Assembly: GCA_964492025.1 (NCBI GenBank)
Contig: CAZBHR010000002.1
Location: 106,568 to 170,567, forward strand
Length of the DNA stretch: 64,000 nucleotides
From: an uncultured Spirochaetia bacterium
GTDB lineage: Bacteria > Spirochaetota > Spirochaetia > CAZBHR01
Direction of reading: 5' to 3'
Under the pieces are notes generated by a model. It saw only the letters and a program-made list of their open reading frames with translations. It was not told the origin of the DNA and made no database searches. Made by a program: the position numbers and the translations under genes. Shown piece by piece: positions 39,742 to 48,128 of this stretch. Position 1 is the stretch's first letter. Each line of letters begins with the position of its first letter.

Positions 39742-40347
39742 TTATGGGGTGGTACCATCCTCTGGTGGAGTAGGGATATGGGTAATAATAATTTTAGCTA
39801 CCCAAGATTGGTCTGGGTCTCTTTCAATGTAGAAAGGCCTTGTTTCTGAGGGAACAAAAAGGCTATCTGAGGCACTCTCCCAGGTTGTTCCATAGAGGAA
39901 TTTTGAATCCTCAATATAAGGGTTAAAAAAGGTCTCTAAGTCTGCTGAGTAGCTTTTTCTCCTCCCTTCAATAGTTGCACTGAGGTATGTGTAGTCTCCA
40001 ATAAGGTTATACTCTCTTTCATATTCATTTCCCGATGTATATGCTTCATAATCAAAAAATTGTATTGACGAAATTGATCGGACCATCAGGCTTTCTTCCC
40101 CTTCAAAAAGCTCATTGCTGGAGTATGCAGTAGATGACTGGTGGTACCCGTAGGGGATAATATCTGTAAAAGAAAAATCCACTGACCCCAACTGGTAGTT
40201 TGAATCTACCGAAATAACAATGTTTTCTGCTGTTCTATTTTCGATGATAATTGTTGATACGTTTTGGTATCCCCCAACGTAACAGGGTCCACAGCTTATG
40301 ATAAGTGCGAGAATAGGTATGGTAAATAGTAGTAGTTTTTTCATCAT
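39742..40347 (-). CDS. Lipoprotein of unknown function (paralog A)
   Basis: 201 aa, signal peptide with lipobox LIISC. C-terminal block TRPFYIERDPDQSW...IIITHIPTPPEDG is shared with the upstream ORF. Confidence 0.5.
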   Translation of the reverse strand: MMKKLLLFTIPILALIISCGPCYVGGYQNVSTIIIENRTAENIVISVDSNYQLGSVDFSFTDIIPYGYHQSSTAYSSNELFEGEESLMVRSISSIQFFDYEAYTSGNEYEREYNLIGDYTYLSATIEGRRKSYSADLETFFNPYIEDSKFLYGTTWESASDSLFVPSETRPFYIERDPDQSWVAKIIITHIPTPPEDGTTP

Positions 40348-40354
40348 TTTCTCC

Positions 40355-41014
40355 TTAATTGAGTACCGGTATGGTTGGAACTTTAGTAATAATAACTCTC
40401 CCTAAACTGTCATCTTCTGTATCTCGTTGTAGGTAAAAAGGTCTTGAGTCATCGTCAGCTGGAGCAACAAAAAGCCTCTCCGAAAAATTAGGGTCATTTG
40501 TCGCTTCCCAGCTAAGGCCGTAATAAAATATATCATCGGGGTACGCATCCTCATATATCGGGTTTGGAGGACCTATGGAGAGTCTCGCTTGATCATTGAT
40601 TTGACTCGCTCTATTCTGTATAAACTCCCTATCTACCTGAGAGTAGGGGTACATATAATCTGCGATAAACTCCTGTGTTATAGGGTTATATATTTTCAAA
40701 CCACTAAATGCTCTTAGCATGATATTTGGTCTTTCAAAGTCGTTGGAGTGAGCTGAGCTATAGTAGTATGTGAGGTCAATCTTGGTGGACTCTCCCGCAG
40801 GAACAGTCATCTTGGGAGTAGCTTCAACAGGCATGTCATAATAGTAATTTCCAGAGTGGTTCATAAATAGGGTTATTGAAAGATCTTCTGTGGTTGTATT
40901 GTCTATAGATACGGTGTATTCAACGGTTGTCTTTGTTATGGGTACTTTCCCCCAAGGATAGCATCCCACAATAAGCAACAGAGGAACTATGAGCATTAAG
41001 CCATGTTTTTTCAT
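40355..41014 (-). CDS. Lipoprotein of unknown function (paralog B)
   Basis: 219 aa, lipobox LIVGC. C-terminal block SRPFYLQRDTEDDS...VIITKVPTIPVLN. AAAAGGAG ribosome-binding site. Confidence 0.5.
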   Translation of the reverse strand: MKKHGLMLIVPLLLIVGCYPWGKVPITKTTVEYTVSIDNTTTEDLSITLFMNHSGNYYYDMPVEATPKMTVPAGESTKIDLTYYYSSAHSNDFERPNIMLRAFSGLKIYNPITQEFIADYMYPYSQVDREFIQNRASQINDQARLSIGPPNPIYEDAYPDDIFYYGLSWEATNDPNFSERLFVAPADDDSRPFYLQRDTEDDSLGRVIITKVPTIPVLN

Positions 41015-41038
41015 AGATGTACTCCTTTTGTGTATACA

Positions 41039-41066
41039 ATTCTATCACGTATTGCTAAGAAGTCAA
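41039..41066 (-). promoter_or_regulatory. Sigma-70-type promoter candidate for the lipoprotein pair
   Basis: On the minus strand: TTGACT (41066-41061), 16-nt spacer, TAGAAT (41044-41039), about 25 nt upstream of the ATG at 41014. Confidence 0.35.
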
Positions 41067-41130
41067 GGTGAAATTTTTCTCAAAAGTAGATAATTCTAGT
41101 AATGTGTCTGTATGGGGTAGGGGTGTTCCT

Positions 41131-42171
41131 CTATTTTTTTGCTATCCACGCAGCTCTGATTGGTGCGGGGTACCCTTCAATAGTTTTTGATGGATCCAAT
41201 GGGTTGAGAAAATCCTTGAGTGATTCAAACTGCATCCACTCAGTAGCACGCTGTTCTTCGGTGGTTGTGTGCGTTGTATCTAAGAGTGTTATATCTGAAA
41301 ACCCAGCCTCCTTTAGCCACGCTTCAAGTTGAGGGGGCGAGGGTATAGCAAAAACGTTTCTCATCTTTCCGTAACGATCTTTAGGGTGAAGAGATTCAAC
41401 AGCATCACTTTCAATAATAAGGGTTTCAAGAATACAGCTCCCCCCATCTACCAAGAGATCTCTTAGCTGTTTTAGGTGGTCTACCGGTGATTTTTGGTGG
41501 TAGATTACCCCCATGGAAAACACTACATCAAAGGAGTTTGTTATAGGAAGTATATCTGTATCCTTCAGGGGAAGCACTGCCACACGAGGATCTTGTAAAA
41601 AGTGCTGAATTGTTTGAAATTGAAAGTAAGAAACCCAGCTGGGATCAATGCCAGTAACCGACTCTGCCCCCTCTCCTAACATGCGAAGGCAGTGGTATCC
41701 ACTTCCACACCCAAGGTCGAGTATTTTTTTGTTTTTCAAAGAGGGAAGGTTAAGCCTGTCCCACTTCCAGTCAGATCTCCATTCCGTATCAATATCAACA
41801 CCCATAAGAGAAAAAGGACCCTTTCTCCAAGGACGAAGGTTCATAAGGAGTTTTCGGAGTGAATCAACCGATTGAAAATCCTCTGGTGGGGTGAGCCTTA
41901 TTGATCCTGCGGTGAGATCAATCTGTACTGGTTGTATTGCAGGGAGTTCATTGATCACTTGTATCCATTGAGGAACATCTCCATTTTCAGGAAACCGAAG
42001 TTTCTTCTCTATGAGCGGTGCTACTATATCTGCAACTTGGTGTAACCCTATGTTTCTCAGGTGTTCTAAGTGGGGAGTAGGGTCTATTCTTTCTGGAATT
42101 GGTACTCCTGCGGCTAGCTCTTTGAGTCGTTCTTTTTGGAGACGTTTACGACGGTTTCTTCGGGAACCCAC
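41131..42171 (-). CDS. cmoB: tRNA U34 carboxymethyltransferase
   Basis: 346 aa with strongly conserved CmoB blocks (WRKGPFSLMGVDIDTEWRSDWKWDRL, GCGSGYH, TTEEQRATEWM, EGYPAPIRAAWIAKK). GTG start 3 nt after the cmoA stop, with AAAGGAG inside the end of cmoA. Confidence 0.85.
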   Translation of the reverse strand: MGSRRNRRKRLQKERLKELAAGVPIPERIDPTPHLEHLRNIGLHQVADIVAPLIEKKLRFPENGDVPQWIQVINELPAIQPVQIDLTAGSIRLTPPEDFQSVDSLRKLLMNLRPWRKGPFSLMGVDIDTEWRSDWKWDRLNLPSLKNKKILDLGCGSGYHCLRMLGEGAESVTGIDPSWVSYFQFQTIQHFLQDPRVAVLPLKDTDILPITNSFDVVFSMGVIYHQKSPVDHLKQLRDLLVDGGSCILETLIIESDAVESLHPKDRYGKMRNVFAIPSPPQLEAWLKEAGFSDITLLDTTHTTTEEQRATEWMQFESLKDFLNPLDPSKTIEGYPAPIRAAWIAKK

Positions 42172-42174
42172 TGG

Positions 42175-42909
42175 TTACGCTCCTTTGATTGCAAGAAGGG
42201 AGATAAAACTCAGAGACTTCCACCATACATACACTGGAGTAAACCCTATGGTTGTAAGACGTGTCATATGGTCCTCTAGGGTATCTGGTATAAGTACATG
42301 TTCTAGGGCCTTTCTTTTTCGGCTAATCTCTGTTCGTGAGTACCCATTGAGTTCTTTGAAGTTGTGGTACGCTTCCTCTTGAAACTTCTGTTCCTTAGGG
42401 TCTTCAAAGATAATTTTTTCCGAGAGAATGAGAGCTCCCCCAGGGGTAAGGTTCTGATAAATACGTTGAAGGAGGGGTGTCCTTGACTGGGGGGCAAGAA
42501 ACTGTAAGGTAAAGTTCATTGCCACAAGAGAGGCATTCTCTATGGGAGTTTCTAAAATATCACCAAGAACTACAGATATTGGTATTTGCTGTCTCGCTCT
42601 GTCCACATTGGCTTGGCACCGTTGAACCATAGGTTCCGAATTGTCTATGGCAATAATACGGGTTCCTTCGGTAGTTGCACCCTGGGCCATAGATAAGGCT
42701 CCAGCTCCAAGAGAGGTGCCAAGGTCGTAGAGATTTGTGTGAGGTTGTCCGTACTGCTCGGCAAACACCTTTGTCATACCTATTACCTCACGGTATCCAG
42801 GGACGGATCGTTGAATCATATCTTCAAAGACCTCAACAACCTCTTTGTCAAAGCAGAATCCTCCGATACTTCGGGGATTTGTCATAAATATACTGTCTCT
42901 TTGAGCCAT
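42175..42909 (-). CDS. cmoA: Carboxy-S-adenosyl-L-methionine synthase
   Basis: 244 aa class I methyltransferase-fold protein directly upstream of, and translationally coupled to, cmoB. Confidence 0.85.
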   Translation of the reverse strand: MAQRDSIFMTNPRSIGGFCFDKEVVEVFEDMIQRSVPGYREVIGMTKVFAEQYGQPHTNLYDLGTSLGAGALSMAQGATTEGTRIIAIDNSEPMVQRCQANVDRARQQIPISVVLGDILETPIENASLVAMNFTLQFLAPQSRTPLLQRIYQNLTPGGALILSEKIIFEDPKEQKFQEEAYHNFKELNGYSRTEISRKRKALEHVLIPDTLEDHMTRLTTIGFTPVYVWWKSLSFISLLAIKGA

Positions 42910-43025
42910 AGCAACCTCTCTTCACGCAGAGTAATGAAATATATAAAACCTTTCAATATGGGGAGTTTCTCAAAAGTTCCCAATACCATATAGATTTTCC
43001 TTGGTAACTGTTGTAAGGTTGTTAT

Positions 43026-43946
43026 ATGGATAGTGTAGAGTTACGAGGTAATATTCTTAATATACTGAAAAAACAAGGACCCATTTCGGGAGAGTCTCTT
43101 GCCCAGCAACTAGGGTTTTCTCGTGTTGCTCTGTGGAAGCATGTCGAAGCCCTACGTACTATGGGATACAATATAGTAGGATGCAGGGGAGGATATACCG
43201 TATCCGATAGTCAGGACCTTCTTTACCCCTGGGAATTTCCGGGAATGGAACAATATATACATTACTATCCAGAGTGTGGTTCTACCATGGATGAAGCAGA
43301 GTTACTTGTGTCACAAGGGGCTCCAGAGGGTTCTTTGGTTCTTGCGGGTGTCCAAACAAAGGGACGGGGAAGGCTTGGGCGTGTGTGGGAGTCTCCTGTG
43401 GGCGGAATTTATGGAACCCTCATTGTAAGACCAGAGTATCTTCCTTTACAGGAGTTTTGGACAATGCAGTGGAGACTTATCGTTTCCATTGTTCGTGCAG
43501 TACGAGAAATTGGGGTGGATGCATCTATTAAATGGCCAAATGATCTGTTAGTGGGGTCAAAAAAATTGACAGGAGTGATAGCAGAGACTCGATCTTCCGG
43601 TGGGTTTGTTGAGTGGGGGTTACTCGGTTTTGGTATTAACTGCAATAATCAGGTTCCCGAGGTTGGTGTATCCTTAGGATCACTTCTTGGAACACCTATA
43701 GATAGAAAAGCTCTTATTCGTGGAATTCTTACACACTTTCAAGAGGTTAGGGTGCTCTCTATAGAAGAGCTTACCCAACAGTGGAGGAGTTATACCTCAA
43801 CCTTGGGCAGGAAGGTTACTATTGATATGGGTGGTGGAAATACCCTTGAGGGAGTTGCTAAAGAGGTGTTTAGTGATGGGAGTCTTGTTGTTGTAGACAC
43901 CCAAGGAGAGGAGCATCGCTGTTACTCCGGTGATTGTTTGTATTAA
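43026..43946 (+). CDS. birA: Bifunctional biotin-protein ligase / biotin operon repressor
   Basis: 306 aa. N-terminal helix-turn-helix (ISGESLAQQLGFSRVALWKHVEALR), central ligase domain (GRGRLGRVWESP..., KWPNDLL). Ends ...EEHRCYSGDCLY. Confidence 0.8.
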   Translation: MDSVELRGNILNILKKQGPISGESLAQQLGFSRVALWKHVEALRTMGYNIVGCRGGYTVSDSQDLLYPWEFPGMEQYIHYYPECGSTMDEAELLVSQGAPEGSLVLAGVQTKGRGRLGRVWESPVGGIYGTLIVRPEYLPLQEFWTMQWRLIVSIVRAVREIGVDASIKWPNDLLVGSKKLTGVIAETRSSGGFVEWGLLGFGINCNNQVPEVGVSLGSLLGTPIDRKALIRGILTHFQEVRVLSIEELTQQWRSYTSTLGRKVTIDMGGGNTLEGVAKEVFSDGSLVVVDTQGEEHRCYSGDCLY

Positions 43947-43947
43947 G
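43909..43947 (+). repeat. 39-bp direct repeat, copy 1 (covers the last 36 nt of birA plus the base after the stop)
   Basis: AGGAGCATCGCTGTTACTCCGGTGATTGTTTGTATTAAG is identical to 44687-44725. Confidence 0.85.
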
Positions 43948-44068
43948 GGCATAAGTTAAGAACTCTTTCGGCCGTAGCTATAGAAGTGATTTCTATGAAG
44001 ATCTCTTATCATATATTTGACAGGCTGGACTAAATATAGTATCTTTAAAAGACTAGGAGGGGCGCTTT

Positions 44069-44341
44069 ATGAGTATTACAAACCATATAAAACCTATCTC
44101 ATATATTAAATCGCACGCAGCAGAGGTTCTTCAAGATGTTCACGAGACTAAGGTTCCTTATGTTATCACACAACATGGAGAAGCTAAGGCTGTCCTTATG
44201 GATACCTCTTCGTATGACTCTTTAATGGAGTCAATAAAAGTGCTTAAGCTCCTCCAGCAAGGAGAGAAGGATGTGGTTGAGGAGTGTGTTGTTGCTCAAG
44301 ATACTGTTTTTTCTCAGGTAGAGAAGATTTTTGACATATGA
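44069..44341 (+). CDS. Type II antitoxin, Phd/YefM family
   Basis: 90 aa (MSITNHIKPISYIKSHAAEVLQDVHETKVPYVITQHGEAKAVLMDTSSYDSL...). 4-nt overlap with the downstream toxin gene. GGAGG ribosome-binding site. Confidence 0.6.
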   Translation: MSITNHIKPISYIKSHAAEVLQDVHETKVPYVITQHGEAKAVLMDTSSYDSLMESIKVLKLLQQGEKDVVEECVVAQDTVFSQVEKIFDI

Positions 44342-44664
44342 GTAATGGGTTTTCAGTTCTGTGGACAGGTACAGCTGTAGAGGATTTGAAGTCTCTGTGT
44401 GAGTATCTTGCACAAGACTCAATGAATGTTGCTAGAAAGCAGTATAAAAAAATACGAGATAGAGCTAAAACACTTGAAACATTCCCTTTTGAAGGTCGTG
44501 TTATTCCTGAGTTACAGGTTCACAATATTTATACTTACAGAGAGCTTGTAATTTCTCCATGGAGATTGTTCTATCGTATAAGTAAGCAAGAGGTGTATGT
44601 ACTTGCAATAATAGATAGTAGGCGAGATATCCAAGATCTCCTTTTGGATCGTATTTTACGGTAA
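44338..44664 (+). CDS. Type II toxin, ParE/RelE family
   Basis: 108 aa, C-terminal ...YRELVISPWRLFYRISKQEVYVLAIIDSRRD typical of ParE/RelE. ATGA overlap with the antitoxin gene. Confidence 0.6.
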   Translation: MSNGFSVLWTGTAVEDLKSLCEYLAQDSMNVARKQYKKIRDRAKTLETFPFEGRVIPELQVHNIYTYRELVISPWRLFYRISKQEVYVLAIIDSRRDIQDLLLDRILR

Positions 44665-44686
44665 CCCTGTACACCTATCAACTAAT

Positions 44687-44725
44687 AGGAGCATCGCTGT
44701 TACTCCGGTGATTGTTTGTATTAAG
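44687..44725 (+). repeat. 39-bp direct repeat, copy 2 (non-coding duplicate of the birA 3' end)
   Basis: Exact copy of 43909-43947, located 23 nt after the toxin stop and just upstream of the bioY operator and promoter. Confidence 0.85.
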
Positions 44726-44768
44726 ATTATCCTGCATCCACAATTTGAGGTAGACACTCTTTTAGTCT

Positions 44769-44801
44769 TTTGTTAACCTGTATTTATAAATAAGTTAACG
44801 A
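44769..44801 (+). promoter_or_regulatory. Candidate BirA operator overlapping the bioY promoter
   Basis: Half-sites TTGTTAACC (44769-44778) and AGTTAACGA (44793-44801) form an imperfect inverted repeat separated by about 14 nt of AT-rich sequence containing TATAAA. Lies about 30 nt upstream of bioY. Confidence 0.4.
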
Positions 44802-44830
44802 TAATAAAGATTCACTGCAAAGGAGTGTTG

Positions 44831-45385
44831 ATGAACAGAACAAAATCAATTATTTTAATAGCCCTAGGTGTTGCCCTTGTATGGGTTGGGTCGGTTGTCT
44901 CAATTCCTATTGGTCCTGTACCAATAACTCTACAAACTATGATGGTTGTAGTGGTGGGAATGATGTTAGGCCCTACTCGTGGAGGGTTGGCTATTCTTCT
45001 TTACTACCTTTTAGGAGTTATAGGAATTCCGGTTTTTGCTGGATTTAAATCGGGGGTTGCCGTATTTACCACCTCTCCCACAGCAGGGTTTTTATTAGGG
45101 TTTTTTCCCGCTGCTCTTATTTCGGGAATCCTCTTTTCTGTGGCTACATGGTTTAAAGGAGTTGTCCGATATGTTCTGATTGCCGTAGCTGCGGTTGTTG
45201 GAATGGTAGTTCCGTATACTTTGGGGATTCCTCTTTTTATGAGCTATACAGGAAAAACCCTCGCCGAATCGCTTCCCCTTGTATTAACTCCATTTATTGT
45301 AGGAGATGTGATTAAAACATTTGCTGCCACTCTTGTTGGGGGAGCACTTTTACGGTTTCGTAGTGTTGATGGAGAGAACTCCTAA
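44831..45385 (+). CDS. bioY: Biotin transporter S component
   Basis: About 184 aa, multi-TM, with conserved BioY block (PIGPVPITLQTMMVV). Start set to ATG 44831, 5 nt after AGGAG. Confidence 0.75.
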   Translation: MNRTKSIILIALGVALVWVGSVVSIPIGPVPITLQTMMVVVVGMMLGPTRGGLAILLYYLLGVIGIPVFAGFKSGVAVFTTSPTAGFLLGFFPAALISGILFSVATWFKGVVRYVLIAVAAVVGMVVPYTLGIPLFMSYTGKTLAESLPLVLTPFIVGDVIKTFAATLVGGALLRFRSVDGENS

Positions 45386-45430
45386 GGTGAGTTTATATCA
45401 TAATATGAGTGATATACAGAAGGCATACCT

Positions 45431-46186
45431 ATGATACCTCATACAAAACCCATTGTTTCAGTTGAAAATCTTTACTACTCAATTGGGAAAAATCCAATTT
45501 TACAGGGTGTAAATCTCAAGGTAGAACCTGCAGAGATTGTAGTTCTTGCTGGTCGTAATGGGTGTGGGAAAAGTATTTTATCTCGACATATACGAGGGCT
45601 TATTCCTCTAAAAAAAGATCAGGGAGATATTCGTATTGATGGAGTCTCTATGGTTGGTCATAAGGGGGTTTACCCCGATGTGGGGCTTGTATTTCAGGAC
45701 CCTGACTTACAAATTGTGGGTAGTAGTGTAGAGAAAGATATTGCCTTTGGTCCAGAAAACCTAAAAATGGATAGAGAAGAGGTTTCTCGACGAGTTAGGG
45801 CAATTGGGGATCAGTTGGAGCTTACAAAACTTTTTACCCGTCGTCCACATACTCTTTCTGGTGGTGAAAAGCGGCGAGTTGCCATGGCTGGTGTTATGAT
45901 TATGGAGCCTAAGCTTCTCATTTTAGATGAACCCTTTGTAGCCTTGGACTATCCAATGATTAGAGAGATCCTCTCAATTATTGTAGATTTACAAAAGCGG
46001 GGAGTGGCAACACTAATTATTACCCACGATTTAGAAGTGTGTTTAGCCCATGCTGATAGGCTTGCCCTTATGTCTGAAGGAGCGATACTCTCTCAAGCAC
46101 CTCCGCAAGAAAATATCCACAGAATTACCGAAGTAGGGCTTCATCCTCCCCGTTTAGCTGTGGGGGAGTGCACATGGCTGAATTAA
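45431..46186 (+). CDS. ECF transporter ATPase (BioM/EcfA-type)
   Basis: 251 aa with Walker A (GRNGCGKS), signature (LSGGEKRR) and Walker B (ILDEP). Confidence 0.75.
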   Translation: MIPHTKPIVSVENLYYSIGKNPILQGVNLKVEPAEIVVLAGRNGCGKSILSRHIRGLIPLKKDQGDIRIDGVSMVGHKGVYPDVGLVFQDPDLQIVGSSVEKDIAFGPENLKMDREEVSRRVRAIGDQLELTKLFTRRPHTLSGGEKRRVAMAGVMIMEPKLLILDEPFVALDYPMIREILSIIVDLQKRGVATLIITHDLEVCLAHADRLALMSEGAILSQAPPQENIHRITEVGLHPPRLAVGECTWLN

Positions 46187-46905
46187 GGATTCTTCATTAT
46201 CAACCAGGGGAGAGTTGGCTTCATCGACACCACCCTGGAGCAAAGTTTCTCGAGTTTCTGGGAATTAATATTGTATTAGTGTTACTACCTCTCTGGAGTT
46301 CAGCTCTTTTTTTGATACCCCTTGTGGTACTGTTTCCGTTTGTTGGATTTGATCGAAAAACCTTTACATCTCTTGGAATAGCCGTGGTCAGTATGATGGT
46401 ATTCTTTATTTGTATTGGAATGCTCTCTGTGGAGGGGGTTTGGTTCTCTCTTTCTGGATGGAACGTTGGGGTGTTGCAGGGGCTTCGGTTTATTACACTG
46501 ACCCTATGGGCGGTACTTTTTTTGGGAGTAACAGACCCTTGGGATATTGCGGGATGTATCGGTTCGCTCGGAAGAGGACGGGTAAAACTATTCTCCTATT
46601 TAGGTTTTGCTATAGCCTTAGTGTTAAGTTTCTTTCCTATGCTTTTAGATAGGGCTCTTGAACAAGGGGAGGCGTTAAGAAATAGAGGGTTAACCTTTCG
46701 TAATCCGATTAGATACTGTGCCTTTCTTGGGAGTAAACTGGTTATTTCTGTAGAACTTCTTGCGGATGATCTTTCCATGGCTATCGAGTCTCGTTGTTAT
46801 CGACCAGATAGAGCTTGGGGAATTCCTCGTTGGAAGGTTGTTGATATAGTTGGAGTCTTTACTGTTTGGATTGTTCTTGGAGTCTTATTTATTATTTTTC
46901 CATAA
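46174..46905 (+). CDS. ECF transporter transmembrane (T) component (BioN/EcfT-type)
   Basis: About 243 aa polytopic protein, overlaps the ATPase gene; start ATG 46174 or GTG 46168. Confidence 0.7.
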   Translation: MAELRILHYQPGESWLHRHHPGAKFLEFLGINIVLVLLPLWSSALFLIPLVVLFPFVGFDRKTFTSLGIAVVSMMVFFICIGMLSVEGVWFSLSGWNVGVLQGLRFITLTLWAVLFLGVTDPWDIAGCIGSLGRGRVKLFSYLGFAIALVLSFFPMLLDRALEQGEALRNRGLTFRNPIRYCAFLGSKLVISVELLADDLSMAIESRCYRPDRAWGIPRWKVVDIVGVFTVWIVLGVLFIIFP

Positions 46906-46944
46906 AAAAAGACCCGACATGTGCCGGGCCTCATTATGAATTTA

Positions 46945-47853
46945 CTATTTCCAAAGTGGAGTGGGGTAGGTCCCATTGTCCGCAAGCTTCTTCATCTCAT
47001 CCTTTGCTAGTTGTAGGTCCTCTTTATAGGTTACTCCAAACCAGTGAGCAGGAGTTGGTAATACCTTCATTTTTGCAACTCCACGCTTAAGAAGTTTATC
47101 TACCTCTTTTGGAAGGAGGTACTCAGATTTTGGATTATCCTTCTCCTCTTCAAGAAAAGGGATAAATCCCTCTTTTAGGTGAGCGAGTACCGCAGGGGAG
47201 AATCCAAAGAAGTTCATAGAGGTAGGCTCTTTTCCTGTAAGCTCAGTTCCTACACCCTCTGGGTTTGTGGTAATAATCTTATCACCCTCATATCCAATCT
47301 TTAAGTTTTCCTCAATATTTTGAAGCCACCCCTCATTGTTTACGGTACAAATTCCACGAGAAACAGTTCCGTGTGTTGAAAGAGTGTTATCTAACTGGTA
47401 ACCCATCATGGCAAATTCAGTACTTGTGACATCAATGCCCTTCAAATACTCTGCCATGGTATGGAAAGGGTGTGCCCCATAAAAATCATCCGCATTGATA
47501 ACAGCAAATGGTGCATCAATTGCATCGGCAGCACATATAATAGTGTGTGCAGTTCCCAAAGGTTTTACCCTATCCTCAGGAAGCTTAATATGATCAGGAA
47601 CGTGACTATCAATCTCCTGATAACAGTACTCCACAGGGATATCACTTGGGATCTGCTCAGCAATAACCTCTTTAAAGTCTTTCTCAATATCCTTTCGAAT
47701 AATAAAAACAACCTTAGAAAATCCCGCTTGAATAGCATCATAAATAGAGTAGTTAATAATAATCTCTCCATTCTGTCCAACTGGAACAATCTGCTTTATT
47801 CCTCCAAATCGGCTTCCCATTCCAGCTGCCATAACTACAAGTATCGGTTTCAT
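46945..47853 (-). CDS. Sugar-phosphate nucleotidyltransferase family protein
   Basis: N-terminus MKPILVVMAAGMGSRFGG is the nucleotide-binding G-rich loop of NTP-transferase domains. Start set to ATG 47853 with AGGAG 7 nt upstream; the ORF track begins at 47880. Confidence 0.6.
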   Translation of the reverse strand: MKPILVVMAAGMGSRFGGIKQIVPVGQNGEIIINYSIYDAIQAGFSKVVFIIRKDIEKDFKEVIAEQIPSDIPVEYCYQEIDSHVPDHIKLPEDRVKPLGTAHTIICAADAIDAPFAVINADDFYGAHPFHTMAEYLKGIDVTSTEFAMMGYQLDNTLSTHGTVSRGICTVNNEGWLQNIEENLKIGYEGDKIITTNPEGVGTELTGKEPTSMNFFGFSPAVLAHLKEGFIPFLEEEKDNPKSEYLLPKEVDKLLKRGVAKMKVLPTPAHWFGVTYKEDLQLAKDEMKKLADNGTYPTPLWK

Positions 47854-48039
47854 AATCATACTCCTAAAATGTGTTAGCATAGTGTAGCAGAACAGCCGTG
47901 TTCCTGCAATGGTAAAGTGAGAGGTTCTTGTTCTTATCTGGAGTAGGAATCTGATACACTGTATGTCAGGTAGAATTTAGTGAGGTCATACAAATAATAT
48001 GTTCATATTTGCTGAAAAAAAGTTCTTTTTTATTCGTGG

Positions 48040-48067
48040 TTGACAATCAACAAATCTATGCTACTAT
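48040..48067 (+). promoter_or_regulatory. Sigma-70-type promoter candidate for the LplABC-like operon
   Basis: TTGACA (48040-48045), 16-nt spacer, TACTAT (48062-48067). Confidence 0.3.
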
Positions 48068-48128
48068 GATATTACATACTTGGCTTTGGAGGTTAATGAA
48101 TGGTTGATCGTATTGTGAGTTGTAGGGG

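Noticed and set aside
43947-44830. Interpretation of the repeat-flanked toxin-antitoxin cassette as an insertion sequence or integron cassette.
   Set aside because: No transposase or integrase ORF and no terminal inverted repeats are present. The flanking repeat is direct and derived from birA coding sequence, and no attC-like imperfect palindrome was seen. It is reported as a repeat-flanked insertion of unknown mechanism.
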